From the human T2T-CHM13v2.0 reference genome, Homo sapiens, in NCBI RefSeq assembly GCF_009914755.1, contig NC_060939.1: a stretch of 64,000 bases of DNA; one strand, given 5' to 3'. Below are positions 1-13,466 of this stretch, piece by piece. Below the pieces are notes generated by a model that saw only the letters and a list, made by a program, of their open reading frames with translations, was not told where the DNA came from and ran no database searches. Both the position numbers and the translations under genes were made by a program. Within the stretch, counting starts at the first letter, position 1. Every line of letters begins with the position of its first letter.

Positions 1-35
1 GAGAATGCTTCTGTCTAGATTTTATATGAAAATAT

Positions 36-52
36 TCCCGCTTCCAACGAAA
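36..52 (-). promoter_or_regulatory. CENP-B box (representative; 8 sites per 15-mer at 36, 378, 720, 1062, 1400, 1742, 2080, 2422)
   Basis: tcccgcttccaacgaaa is the reverse complement of TTTCGTTGGAAGCGGGA and matches the 9 essential positions NTTCGNNNNANNCGGGN. The variant at 378 (cccgtgtccaacgaa) also keeps all essential bases. Confidence 0.95.
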
Positions 53-548
53 TCCTCAAAGCTATCCAAATATCCACTTGCAAATGCCACAAAAAGAGTG
101 TTTCCAAACTGCTCTGTGAAAAGGAAGGTTCAACTCTGTTAGTTGAGTACACACATCACAAAGAGGTTTCTGAGGATGCTGCTGACTAGTTTTTATTTGA
201 AGATATTTCCCTTTTCACCTTAGGCCTAAGAGTGCTCGAAATGTCCATTTCCACATACTCCACAAAGTGTGTTTCAAACGTGCTGTATGAAAGGGAATGT
301 TCAACTCTATGAGTTGAATGCAAACATCACAAAGAAGATTCTGAGAATGCTTTTGTCTAGATTTTATATGAAGATATTCCCGTGTCCAACGAAATTTTCA
401 AAGGTCTCCAAATATCCATTTGTAGATTCTACAAAAAGAGTGTTTCCAAACTGCTGTATCAAAACAAAAGTTGAACCCTGTGAGTTGAGGACACACATCA
501 TAAATAAGTTTCTGAGAATGCTTCTGTCTAGTTTTTATTTGAAGATAT

Positions 549-565
549 TTCCTTTTTCACCATAG
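549..565 (-). promoter_or_regulatory. pJ-alpha / A-box motif (representative of A-type monomers)
   Basis: ttcctttttcaccatag is the reverse complement of CTATGGTGAAAAAGGAA, at the same monomer position that holds the CENP-B box in B-type monomers. Confidence 0.8.
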
Positions 566-1026
566 GCCTGAAAGCGCTCGAAATGTCCACTTCCAGATAG
601 TACAGAAAGAGTGTTTCAAACCTGCTCTATGAACGGGAATGTTCAGCTCTGTGAGTTGAATGCAAACATCACAAAGCAGGTTCTGATAATGCTTCCGTCT
701 AGATTTTAAATGAGGATATTCCCGTTTCCAACGAAATCCTCGAAGCTATCCAAATATCCACTTGCAGATTCCACAAAAAGAGTGTTTCAAAACTGCTTTG
801 TCAAAAGATAGGTTCAACTCTGTTAGTTGAGTACACACATGGCAAACAAGATTCCGAGAATGCTTTCGTCTAGTTTTTTTGGGAAGATATTTCCTTCTTC
901 ACCATAGGCCTCAAAGCGCTCCAAATATCCATTTCCACATGCTATACAAAGAGTGTCTCAAACCTGCTGTATGAATGGGAATGTTCAACTCTATGAGTTG
1001 AATGCAAACATCACAAAGAAGTTTCT

Positions 1027-2386
1027 GAGAATGCTGCTGTCTAGATTTTATATGAAGGTGTTCCCGCTTCCAACGAAATTTTCAATGCTCTCAAAATATC
1101 CTCTTGTAGATTCTACAAAAAGAGTGTTTCCAAACTGCTGTATCAAAACAAAGGTTCATCTCTGTTAGTTGAGGACACACATCACAAATAAGTTTCTGAG
1201 AATGCTTCTGTCTAGTTCTTATTTGAAGACATTTCCTTTCTCACCTTAGGCCTGAAAGCGCTCGAAATACCCACTTCCAGATACTACAGAAACAGTGATT
1301 CAAACCTGCTCTATGAAAGGGAATATTCAACTATGTGACTTGAATGCAAACATCACAAAGCAGTTTCTGAGAATGCTGCTGTCTACTTTCTATTTGTAAT
1401 CCCGTTTCCAACGAAATCCTCAGAACTATCGAAATTTCCAATTGCAGATTCCACAGAAACAGGGTTTCAAAGCTGCTCTGTAAAAAGAAAGGTTCAACCC
1501 TGTTAGTTGAATACACACGTCACAAACAAGTTTCTGAGAATGCTTCTGTCTAGTTTTTATGGGAAGATATTTCCTTTTTCACCGTAGGCCTCAAAGCGCT
1601 CCAAATGTCCACTTCCACATACTACAAAAAGAGTGTTTCAAACCTGCTCTATGATAGGGAATGTTGAAACCTATGAGTTGAATGCAAACATTACAAAGAA
1701 GTTTCTGAGAATGCTTCTGTCTAGATTTTATATGAAGGTTTTCCCGTTTCCAACGAAATTTTCAATGCTCTCAAAATATCCACTTGTAGATTCTTCAAAA
1801 AGGGTGTTTCCAAACTGCTGTGTCAAAAGAAAGGTTCAACTCTGTTAGTTGAGGACACACATCACAAATAAGTTTCTGAGAATGCTTCTGTCTAGTTCTT
1901 ATTTGAAGACATTTCCTTTCTCACCTTAGGCCTGAAAACGCTCGAAATATCCACTTCCAGATACGACAGAAACAGTGATTCAAACCTGCTCTATGAAAGG
2001 GAATGTTCAACTAGGTGACTTGAATGCAAACATCACAAAGCAGTTTCTGAGAATGCTGCTGTCTACTTTCTATTTGTAATCCCGTTTCCAACGAAATCCT
2101 CAGAACTATCAAAGTTTCCAATTGCAGATTCCACAAAAAGCGTGTTTCAAAGCTGCTCTGTAAAAAGAAAGGTTCAACTCTGTTAGTTGAATACACACGT
2201 CACAAACAAGTTTCTGAGAATGCTTCTGTCTAGTTTTTATGGGAAGATATTTCCTTTTTCACCGTAGGCCTCAAAGCGCTCCAAATGTCCACTTCCACAT
2301 ACTACAAAAAGAGTGTTTCAAACCTGCTCTATGATAGGGAATGTTGAAACCTATGAGTTGAATGCAAACATTACAAAGAGGTTTCT
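1027..2386 (-). repeat. Internal tandem 680-bp 4-mer sub-repeat (two copies in the 15-mer)
   Basis: 1027-1706 and 1707-2386 are near-identical (3x171 + 167 bp). ORF pairs 953/1633 and 1331/2011 are exactly 680 bp apart. Confidence 0.95.
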
Positions 2387-5114
2387 GAGAATGCTTCTGT
2401 CTAGATTTTATATGTAGATATTCCCGTTTCCAACGAAATCCTCAAAGCTATCCAAATATCAACTTGCAGATTCTACAAAAGGAATGTTTCCAAAATGCTG
2501 TATCCAAACAAAGGTTCAACTCTGTGAATTGAGGGCATACATCACAAAGAAGATTCTGAGAATGCTTCTGTCTAGATTTTATATGAAAATATTCCCGTTT
2601 CCAACGAAATCCTCAAAGCTATCCAAATATCCACTTGCAAATGCCACAAAAAGAGTGTTTCCAAACTGCTCTGTGAAAAGGAAGGTTCAACTCTGTTAGT
2701 TGAGTACACACATCACAAAGAGGTTTCTGAGAATGCTGCTGACTAGTTTTTATTTGAAGATATTTCCCTTTTCACCTTAGGCCTAAGAGTGCTCGAAATG
2801 TCCATTTCCACATACTCCACAAAGTGTGTTTCAAACGTGCTGTATGAAAGGGAATGTTCAACTCTATGAGTTGAATGCAAACATCACAAAGAAGATTCTG
2901 AGAATGCTTTTGTCTAGATTTTATATGAAGATATTCCCGTGTCCAACGAAATTTTCAAAGGTCTCCAAATATCCATTTGTAGATTCTACAAAAAGAGTGT
3001 TTCCAAACTGCTGTATCAAAACAAAGGTTGAACTCTGTGAGTTGAGGACACACATCACAAATAAGTTTCTGAGAATGATTCTGTGTAGTTTTTATTTGAA
3101 GATATTTCCTTTTTCACCATAGGCCTGAAAGCGCTCGAAATGTCCACTTCCAGACAGTACAGAAAGAGTGTTTCAAACCTGCTCTATGAACGGGAATGTT
3201 CAGCTCTGTGAGTTGAATGCAAACATCACAAAGCAGATTCTGAGAATGCTTCCGTCTAGATTTTAAATGAGGATATTCCCGTTTCCAACGAAATCCTCGA
3301 AGCTATCCAAATATCCACTTGCAGATTCCACAAAAAGAGTGTTTCAAAACTGCTCTGTCAAAAGATAGGTTCAACTCTGTTAGTTGAGTACACACATGGC
3401 AAACAAGATTCCGAGAATGCTTTCGTCTAGTTTTTTTGGGAAGATATTTCCTTCTTCACCATAGGCCTCAAAGCGCTCCAAATATCCATTTCCACATGCT
3501 ATACAAAGAGTGTCTCAAACCTGCTGTATGAATGGGAATGTTCAACTCTATGAGTTGAATGCAAACATCACAAAGAAGTTTCTGAGAATGCTGCTGTCTA
3601 GATTTTATATGAAGGTTTTCCCGCTTCCAACGAAATTTTCAATGCTCTCAAAATATCCTCTTGTAGATTCTACAAAAAGAGTGTTTCCAAACTGCTGTAT
3701 CAAAACAAAGGTTCATCTCTGTTAGTTGAGGACACACATCACAAATAAGTTTCTGAGAATGCTTCTGTCTAGTTCTTATTTGAAGACATTTCCTTTCTCA
3801 CCTTAGGCCTGAAAGCGCTCGAAATACCCACTTCCAGATACTACAGAAACAGTGATTCAAACCTGCTCTATGAAAGGGAATGTTCAACTAGGTGACTTGA
3901 ATGCAAACATCACAAAGCAGTTTCTGAGAATGCTGCTGTCTACTTTCTATTTGTAATCCCGTTTCCAACGAAATCCTCAGAACTATCGAAATTTCCAATT
4001 GCAGATTCCACAAAAAGCGTGTTTCAAAGCTGCTCTGTAAAAAGAAAGGTTCAACTCTGTTAGTTGAATACACACGTCACAAACAAGTTTCTGAGAATGC
4101 TTCTGTCTAGTTTTTATGGGAAGATATTTCCTTTTTCACCGTAGGCCTCAAAGCGCTCCAAATGTCCACTTCCACATACTACAAAAAGAGTGTTTCAAAC
4201 CTGCTCTATGATAGGGAATGTTGAAACCTATGAGTTGAATGCAAACATTACAAAGAAGTTTCTGAGAATGCTTCTGTCTAGATTTTATATGAAAGTTTTC
4301 CCGTTTCCAACGAAATTTTCAATGCTCTCAAAATATCCACTTGTAGATTCTACAAAAAGAGTGTTTCCAAACTGCTGTGTCAAAAGAAAGGTTCAACTCT
4401 GTTAGTTGAGGACACACATCACAAATAAGTTTCTGAGAATGCTTCTGTCTAGTTCTTATTTGAAGACATTTCCTTTCTCACCTTAGGCCTGAAAACGCTC
4501 GAAATATCCACTTCCAGATACGACAGAAACAGTGATTCAAACCTGCTCTATGAAAGGGAATGTTCAACTAGGTGACTTGAATGCAAACATCACAAAGCAG
4601 TTTCTGAGAATGCTGCTGTCTACTTTCTATTTGTAATCCCTTTTCCAACGAAATCCTCAGAACTATCAAAATTTCCAATTGCAGATTCCACAAAAAGCGT
4701 GTTTCAAAGCTGCTCTGTAAAAAGAAAGGTTCAACTCTGTTAGTTGAATACACACGTCACAAACAAGTTTCTGAGAATGCTTCTGTCTAGTTTTTATGGG
4801 AAGATATTTCCTTTTTCACCGTAGGCCTCAAAGCGCTCCAAAGGTCCACTTCCACATACTACAAAAAGAGTGTTTCAAACCTGCTCTATGATAGGGAATG
4901 TTGAAACCTATGAGTTGAATGCAAACATTACAAAGAGGTTTCTGAGAATGCTTCTGTCTAGATTTTATATGTAGATATTCCCGTTTCCAACGAAATCCTC
5001 AAAGCTATCCAAATATCAACTTGCAGATTCTACAAAAGGAATGTTTCCAAAATGCTGTATCCAAACAAAGGTTCAACTCTGTGAATTGAGGGCATACATC
5101 ACAAAGAAGATTCT

Positions 5115-8100
5115 GAGAATGCTTCTGTCTAGATTTTATATGAAAATATTCCCGTTTCCAACGAAATCCTCAAAGCTATCCAAATATCCACCTGCAAATG
5201 CCACAAAAAGAGTGTTTCCAAACTGCTCTGTGAAAAGGAAGGTTCAACTCTGTTAGTTGAGTACACACATCACAAAGAGGTTTCTGAGAATGCTGCTGAC
5301 TAGTTTTTATTTGAAGATATTTCCCTTTTCACCTTAGGCCTAAGAGTGCTCGAAATGTCCATTTCCACATACTCCACAAAGTGTGTTTCAAACGTGCTGT
5401 ATGAAAGGGAATGTTCAACTCTATGAGTTGAATGCAAACATCACAAAGAAGATTCTGAGAATGCTTTTGTCTAGATTTTATATGAAGATATTCCCGTGTC
5501 CAACGAAATTTTCAAAGGTCTCCAAATATCCATTTGTAGATTCTACAAAAAGAGTGTTTCCAAACTGCTGTATCAAAACAAAGGTTGAACTCTGTGAGTT
5601 GAGGACACACATCATAAATAAGTTTCTGAGAATGCTTCTGTCTAGTTTTTATTTGAAGATATTTCCTTTTTCACCATAGGCCTGAAAGCGCTCGAAATGT
5701 CCACTTCCAGATAGTACAGAAAGAGTGTTTGAATCCTGCTCTATGAACGGGAATGTTCAGCTCTGTGAGTTGAATGCAAACATCACAAAGCAGGTTCTGA
5801 GAATGCTTCCGTCTAGATTTTAAATGAGGATATTCCCGTTTCCAACGAAATCCTCGAAGCTATCCAAATATCCACTTGCAGATTCCACAAAAAGAGTGTT
5901 TCAAAACTGCTCTGTCAAAAGATAGGTTCAACTCTGTTAGTTGAGTACACACATGGCAAACAAGATTCCGAGAATGCTTTCGTCTAGTTTTTTTGGGAAG
6001 ATATTTCCTTCTTTACCATAGGCTTCAAAGCGCTCCAAATATCTATTTCCACATGCTATACAAAGAGTGTCTCAAACCTGCTGTATGAATGGGAATGTTC
6101 AACTCTATGAGTTGAATGCAAACATCACAAAGAAGTTTCTGAGAATGCTTCTGTCTAGATTTTATATGAAGGTTTTCCCGCTTCCAACGAAATTTTCAAT
6201 GCTCTCAAAATATCCTCTTGTAGATTCTACAAAAAGAGTGTTTCCAAACTGCTGTATCAAAACAAAGGTTCATCTCTGTTAGTTGAGGACACACATCACA
6301 AATAAGTTTCTGAGAATGCTTCTGTCTAGTTCTTATTTGAAGACATTTCCTTTCTCACCTTAGGCCTGAAAGCGCTCGAAATACCCACTTCCAGATACTA
6401 CAGAAACAGTGATTCAAACCTGCTCTATGAAAGGGAATGTTCAACTACGTGAGTTGAATGCAAACATCACAAAGCAGTTTCTGAGAATGCTGCTGTCTAC
6501 TTTCTATTTGTAATCCCGTTTCCAACGAAATCCTCAGAACTATCAAAATTTCCAATTGCAGATTCCACAGAAACAGGGTTTCAAAGCTGCTCTGTAAAAA
6601 GAAAGTTTCAACTCTGTTAGTTGAATACACACGTCACAAACAAGTTTCTGAGAATGCTTCTGTCTAGTTTTTATGGGAAGATATTTCCTTTTTCACCGCA
6701 CGCCTCAAAGCGCTCCAAATGTCCACTTCCACATACTACAAAAAGAGTGTTTCAAACCTGCTGTATGAAAGGGAATGTTCAACTCTATGAGTTGAATGCA
6801 AACATTACAAAGAAGTTTCTGAGAATGCTTCTGTCTAGATTTTATATGAAGGTTTTCCCGTTTCCAACGAAATTTTCAATGCTCTCAAAATATCCACTTG
6901 TAGATTCTACAAAAAGAGTGTTTCCAAACTGCTATGTCAAAAGAAAGGTTCAACTCTGTTAGTTGAGGACACACATCACAAATAAGTTTCTGAGAATGCT
7001 TGTGTCTAGTTCTTATTTGAAGACATTTCCTTTCTCACCTTAGGCCTGAAAGCGCTCGAAATACCCACTTCCAGATACTACAGAAACAGTGATTCAAACC
7101 TGCTCTATGAAAGGGAATGTTCAACTATGTGACTTGAATGCAAACATCACAAAGCAGTTTCTGAGAATGCTGCTGTCTACTTTCTATTTGTAATCCCGTT
7201 TCCAACGAAATCCTCAGAACTATCGAAATTTCCAATTGCAGATTCCACAGAAACAGGGTTGCAAAGCTGCTCTGTAAAAAGAAAGGTTCAACTCTGTTAG
7301 TTGAATACACACGTCACAAACAAGTTTCTGAGAATGCTTCTGTCTAGTTTTTATGGGAAGATATTTCCTTTTTCACCGTAGGCCTCAAAGCGCTCCAAAT
7401 GTCCACTTCCACATACTACAAAAAGAGTGTTTCAAACCTGCTGTATGAAAGGGAATGTTCAACTCTATGAGTTGAATGCAAACATTACAAAGAAGTTTCT
7501 GAGAATGCTTCTGTCTAGATTTTATATGAAGGTTTTCCCGTTTCCAACGAAATTTTCAATGCTCTCAAAATATCCACTTGTAGATTCTACAAAAAGAGTG
7601 TTTCCAAACTGCTGTGTGAAAAGAAAGATTCAACTCTGTTAGTTGAGGACACACATCACAAATAAGTTTCTGAGAATGCTTCTGTGTAGTTCTTATTTGA
7701 AGACATTTCCTTTCTCACCTTAGGCCTGAAAGCGCTCGGAATATCCACTTCCAGATACGACAGAAACAGTGATTCAAACTTGCTCTATGAAAGGGAATGT
7801 TCAACTAGGTGACTTGAATGCAAACATCACAAAGCAGTTTCTGAGAATGCTGCTGTCTACTTTCTATTTGTAATCCCTTTTCCAACAAAATCCTCAGAAC
7901 TATCGAAATTTTCAATTGCAGATTCCACAAAAAGCGTGTTTCAAAGCTGCTCTGTAAAAAGAAAGGTTAAACTCTGTTAGTTGAATACACACGTCACAAA
8001 CAAGTTTCTGAGAATGCTTCTGTCTGGTTTTTATGGGAAGATATTTCCTTTTTCACCGTAGGCCTCAAAGCGCTCCAAATGTCCACTTCCACATACTACA

Positions 8101-8351
8101 AAAAGAGTGTTTCAAACCTGCTCTATGATAGGGAATGTTGAAACCTATGAGTTGAATGCAAACATTACAAAGAGGTTTCTGAGAATGCTTCTGTCTAGAT
8201 TTTATATGTAGATATTCCCGTTTCCAACGAAATCCTCAAAGCTATCCAAATATCAACTTGCAGATTCTACAAAAGGAATGTTTCCAAAATGCTGTATCCA
8301 AACAAAGGTTCAACTCTGTGAATTGAGGGCATACATCACAAAGAAGATTCT
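5115..8351 (-). repeat. 19-mer HOR variant (three 4-mer copies, 3237 bp)
   Basis: Anchor ORFs at 5383 and 8620 are 3237 = 2557 + 680 apart; three 167-bp monomers (atttgtaatccc near 6505, 7185, 7865). Confidence 0.93.
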
Positions 8352-11300
8352 GAGAATGCTTCTGTCTAGATTTTATATGAAAATATTACCGCTTCCAATG
8401 AAATCTTCAAAGCTATCCAAATATCCACTTGCAAATGCCACAAAAAGAGTGTTTCCAAACTGCTCTGTGAAAAGGAAGGTTCAACTCTGTTAGTTGAGTA
8501 CACACATCACAAAGAGGTTTCTGAGAATGCTGCTGACTAGTTTTTATTTGAAGATATTTCCCTTTTCACCTTAGGCCTAAGAGTGCTCGAAATGTCCATT
8601 TCTACATACTCCACAAAGTGTGTTTCAAACGTGCTGTATGAAAGGGAATGTTCAACTCTATGAGTTGAATGCAAACATCACAAAGAAGATTCTGAGAATG
8701 CTTTTGTCTAGATTTTATATGAAGATATTCCCGTGTCCAACGAAATTTTCAAAGGTCTCCAAATATCCATTTGTAGATTCTACAAAAAGAGTGTTTCCAA
8801 ACTGCTGTATCAAAACAAAGTTTGAACTCTGTGAGTTGAGGACACACATCACAAATAAGTTTCTGAGAATGCTTCTGTCTAGTTTTTATTTGAAGATATT
8901 TCCTTTTTCACCATAGGCCTGAAAGCGCTCGAAATGTCCACTTCCAGATAGTACAGAAAGAGTGTTTCAAACCTGCTCTATGAACGGGAATGTTCAGCTC
9001 TGTGAGTTGAATGCAAACATCACAAAGCAGGTTCTGAGAATGCTTCCATCTAGATTTTAAATGAGGATATTCCCGTTTCCAACGAAATCCTCGAAGCTAT
9101 CCAAATATCCACTTGCAGATTCCACAAAAAGAGTGTTTCAAAACTGCTCTGTCAAAAGATAGGTTCAACTCTGTTAGTTGAGTACACAAATGGCAAACAA
9201 GATTCCGAGAATGCTTTCGTCTAGTTTTTTTGGGAAGATATTTCCTTCTTCACCATAGGCCTCAAAGCGCTCCAAATATCCATTTCCACATGCTATACAA
9301 AGAGTGTCTCAAACCTGCTGTATGAAAGGGAATGTTCAACTCTATGAGTTGAATGCAAACATCACAAAGAAGTTTCTGAGAATGCTGCTGTCTAGATTTT
9401 ATATGAAGGTTTTCCCGCTTCCAACGAAATTTTCAATGCTCTCAAAATATCCTCTTGTAGATTCTACAAAAAGAGTGTTTCCAAACTGCTGTATCAAAAC
9501 AAAGGTTCATCTCTGTTAGTTGAGGACACACATCACAAATAAGTTTCTGAGAATGCTTCTGTCTAGTTCTTATTTGAAGACATTTCCTTTCTCACCTTAG
9601 GCCTGAAAGCGCTCGAAATACCCACTTCCAGATACTACAGAAACAGTGATTCAAACCTGCTCTATGAAAGGGAATGTTCAACTATGTGACTTGAATGCAA
9701 ACATCACAAAGCAGTTTCTGAGAATGCTGCTGTCTACTTTCTATTTGTAATCCCGTTTCCAACGAAATCCTCAGAACTATCGAAATTTCCAATTGCAGAT
9801 TCCACAGAAACAGGGTTTCAAAGCTGCTCTGTAAAAAGAAAGGTTCAACTCTGTTAGTTGAATACACACGTCACAAACAAGTTTCTGAGAATGCTTCTGT
9901 CTAGTTTTTATGGGAAGATATTTCCTTTTTCACCGTAGGCCTCAAAGCGCTCCAAATGTCCACTTCCACATACTACAAAAAGAGTGTTTCAAACCTGCTG
10001 TATGAAAGGGAATGTTCAACTCTATGAGTTGAATGCAAACATTACAAAGAAGTTTCTGAGAATGCTTCTGTCTAGATTTTATATGAAAGTTTTCCCGTTT
10101 CCAACGAAATTTTCAATGCTCTCAAAATATCCACTTGTAGATTCTACAAAAAGAGTGTTTCCAAACTGCTGTGTCAAAAGAAAGGTTCAACTCTGTTAGT
10201 TGAGGACACACATCACAAATAAGTTTCTGAGAATGCTTCTGTCTAGTTCTTATTTGAAGACATTTCCTTTCTCACCTTAGGCCTGAAAACGCTCGAAATA
10301 TCCACTTCCAGATACGACAGAAACAGTGATTCAAACCTGCTCTATGAAAGGGAATGTTCAACTAGGTGACTTGAATGCAAACATCACAAAGCAGTTTCTG
10401 AGAATGCTGCTGTCTACTTTCTATTTGTAATCCCGTTTCCAACGAAATCCTCAGAACTATCAAAATTTCCAATTGCAGATTCCACAAAAAGCTTGTTTCA
10501 AAGCTGCTCTGTAAAAAGAAAGGTTCAACTCTGTTAGTTGAATACACACGTCACAAACAAGTTTCTGAGAATGCTTCTGTCTAGTTTTTATGGGAAGATA
10601 TTTCCTTTTTCACCGTAGGCCTCAAAGCGCTCCAAATGTCCACTTCCACATACTACAAAAAGAGTGTTTCAAAGCTGCTCTATGATAGGGAATGTTGAAA
10701 CCTATGAGTTGAATGCAAACATTACAAAGAGGTTTCTGAGAAAGCTTCTGTCTAGATTTTATATGTAGATATTCCCGTTTCCAACGAAATCCTCAAAGCT
10801 ATCCAAATATCAACTTGCAGATTCTACAAAAGGAATGTTTCCAAAATGCTGTATCCAAACAAAGGTTCAACTCTGTGAATTGAGGGCATACATCACAAAG
10901 AAGATTCTGAGAATGCTTCTGTCTAGATTTTATATGAAAATATTCCCGCTTCCAACGAAATCCTCAAAGCTATTCAAATATCCACTTGCAAATGCCACAA
11001 AAAGAGTGTTTCCAAACTGCTCTGTGAAAAGGAAGGTTCAACTCTGTTAGTTGAGTACACACATCACAAAGAAGTTTCTGAGAATGCTGCTGACTAGTTT
11101 TTATTTGAAGATATTTCCCTTTTCACCTTAGGCCTAAGAGTGCTCGAAATGTCCATTTCCACATACTCCACAAAGTGTGTTTCAAACGTGCTGTATGAAA
11201 GGGAATGTTCAACTCTATGAGTTGAATGCAAACATCACAAAGAAGATTCTGAGAATGCTTTTGTCTAGATTTTATATGAAGATATTCCCGTGTCCAACGA

Positions 11301-13466
11301 AATTTTCAAAGGTCTCCAAATATCCATTTGTAGATTCTACAAAAAGAGTGTTTCCAAACTGCTGTATCAAAACAAAGGTTGAACTCTGTGAGTTGAGGAC
11401 ACACATCACAAATAAGTTTCTGAGAATGCTTCTGTCTAGTTTTTATTTGAAGATATTTCCTTTTTCACCATAGGCCTGAAAGCGCTCGAAATGTCCACTT
11501 CCAGATAGTACAGAAAGAGTGTTTCAAACCTGCTCTATGAACGGGAATGTTCAGCTCTGTGAGTTGAATGCAAACATCACAAAGCAGGTTCTGAGAATGC
11601 TTCCGTCTAGATTTTAAATGAGGATATTCCCGTTTCCAACGAAATCCTCGAAGCTATCCAAATATCCACTTGCAGATTCCACAAAAAGAGTGTTTCAAAA
11701 CTGCTCTGTCAAAAGATAGGTTCAACTCTGTTAGTTGAGTACACACATGGCAAACAAGATTCCGAGAATGCTTTCGTCTAGTTTTTTTGGGAAGATATTT
11801 CCTTCTTCACCATAGGCCTCAAAGCGCTCCAAATATCCATTTCCACATGCTATACAAAGAGTGTCTCAAACCTGCTGTATGAAAGGGAATGTTCAACTCT
11901 ATGAGTTGAATGCAAACATCACAAAGAAGTTTCTGAGAATGCTGCTGTCGAGATTTTATATGAAGGTTTTCCCGCTTCCAACGAAATTTTCAATGCTCTC
12001 AAAATATCCTCTTGTAGATTCTACAAAAAGAGTGTTTCCAAACTGCTGTATCAAAACAAAGGTTCATCTCTGTATAGTTGAGGACACACATCACAAATAA
12101 GTTTCTGAGAATGCTTCTGTCTAGTTCTTATTTGAAGACATTTCCTTTCTCACCTTAGGCCTGAAAGCGCTCGAAATACCCACTTCCAGATACTACAGAA
12201 ACAGTGATTCAAACCTGCTCTATGAAAGGGAATGTTCAACTATGTGACTTGAATGCAAACATCACAAAGCAGTTTCTGAGAATGCTGCTGTCTACTTTCT
12301 ATTTGTAATCCCGTTTCCAACGAAATCCTCAGAACTATCGAAATTTCCAATTGCAGATTCCACAGAAACAGGGTTTCAAAGCTGCTCTGTAAAAAGAAAG
12401 GTTCAACTCTGTTAGTTGAATACACACGTCACAAACAAGTTTCTGAGAATGCTTCTGTCTAGTTTTTATGGGAAGATATTTCCTTTTTCACCGTAGGCCT
12501 CAAAGCGCTCCAAATGTCCACTTCCACATACTACAAAAAGAGTTGTTCAAACCTGCTGTATGAAAGGGAATGTTCAACTCTATGAGTTGAATGCAAACAT
12601 TACAAAGAAGTTTCTGAGAATGCTTCTGTCTAGATTTTATATGAAAGTTTTCCCGTTTCCAACGAAATTTTCAATGCTCTCAAAATATCCACTTGTAGAT
12701 TCTACAAAAAGAGTGTTTCCAAACTGCTGTGTCAAAAGAAAGGTTCAACTCTGTTAGTTGAGGACACACATCACAAATAAGTTTCTGAGAATGCTTCTGT
12801 CTAGTTCTTATTTGAAGACATTTCCTTTCTCACCTTAGGCCTGAAAACGCTCGAAATATCCACTTCCAGATACGACAGAAACAGTGATTCAAACCTGCTC
12901 TATGAAAGGGAATGTTCAACTAGGTGACTTGAATGCAAACATCACAAAGCAGTTTCTGAGAATGCTGCTGTCTACTTTCTATTTGTAATCCCGTTTCCAG
13001 CGAAATCCTCAGAACTATCAAAATTTCCAATTGCAGATTCCACAAAAAGCGTGTTTCAAAGCTGCTCTGTAAAAAGAAAGGTTCAACTCTGTTAGTTGAA
13101 TACACACGTCACAAACAAGTTTCTGAGAATGCTTCTGTCTAGTTTTTATGGGAAGATATTTCCTTTTTCACCGTAGGCCTCAAAGCGCTCCAAATGTCCA
13201 CTTCCACATACTACAAAAAGAGTGTTTCAAAGCTGCTCTATGACAGGGAATGTTGAAACCTATGAGTTGAATGCAAACATTACAAAGAGGTTTCTGAGAA
13301 AGCTTCTGTCTAGATTTTATATGTAGATATTCCCGTTTCCAACGAAATCCTCAAAGCTATCCAAATATCAACTTGCAGATTCTACAAAAGGAATGTTTCC
13401 AAAATGCTGTATCCAAACAAAGGTTCAACTCTGTGAATTGAGGGCATACATCACAAAGAAGATTCT

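Larger units (their letters stand above)
1..2557 (-). repeat. Canonical 15-mer HOR unit (13x171 + 2x167 bp = 2557 bp)
   Basis: Monomer starts (gagaatgc-type) at 1, 172, 343, 514, 685, 856, 1027, 1198, 1369, 1536, 1707, 1878, 2049, 2216, 2387; next unit at 2558. Box order B A B A B A B A B A B A B A B. Other 15-mers start at 2558, 8352, 10909, 13467, 16024, 18581, 21138, 23694, 26251, 32045, 37839, 40396, 44828, 47385, 53693, 56248. Confidence 0.95.

Noticed and set aside
863-885. T-runs as intrinsic terminators and AT-rich stretches as promoters
   Set aside because: Ordinary alphoid A/T tracts with no GC-rich hairpin and no transcription unit.
6621-6962. Longest ORF (113 aa) as a possible gene
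   Set aside because: Produced by a private ccgtag>ccgcac change removing a stop in one copy; TTG start and alphoid translation.
12990-13006. CENP-B box variants ccagcgaa (12998), cttcaaacgaa (55440) and the fixed cccgtgtcc form as loss of function
   Set aside because: The changes fall at non-essential positions of NTTCGNNNNANNCGGGN, so they were counted as intact.
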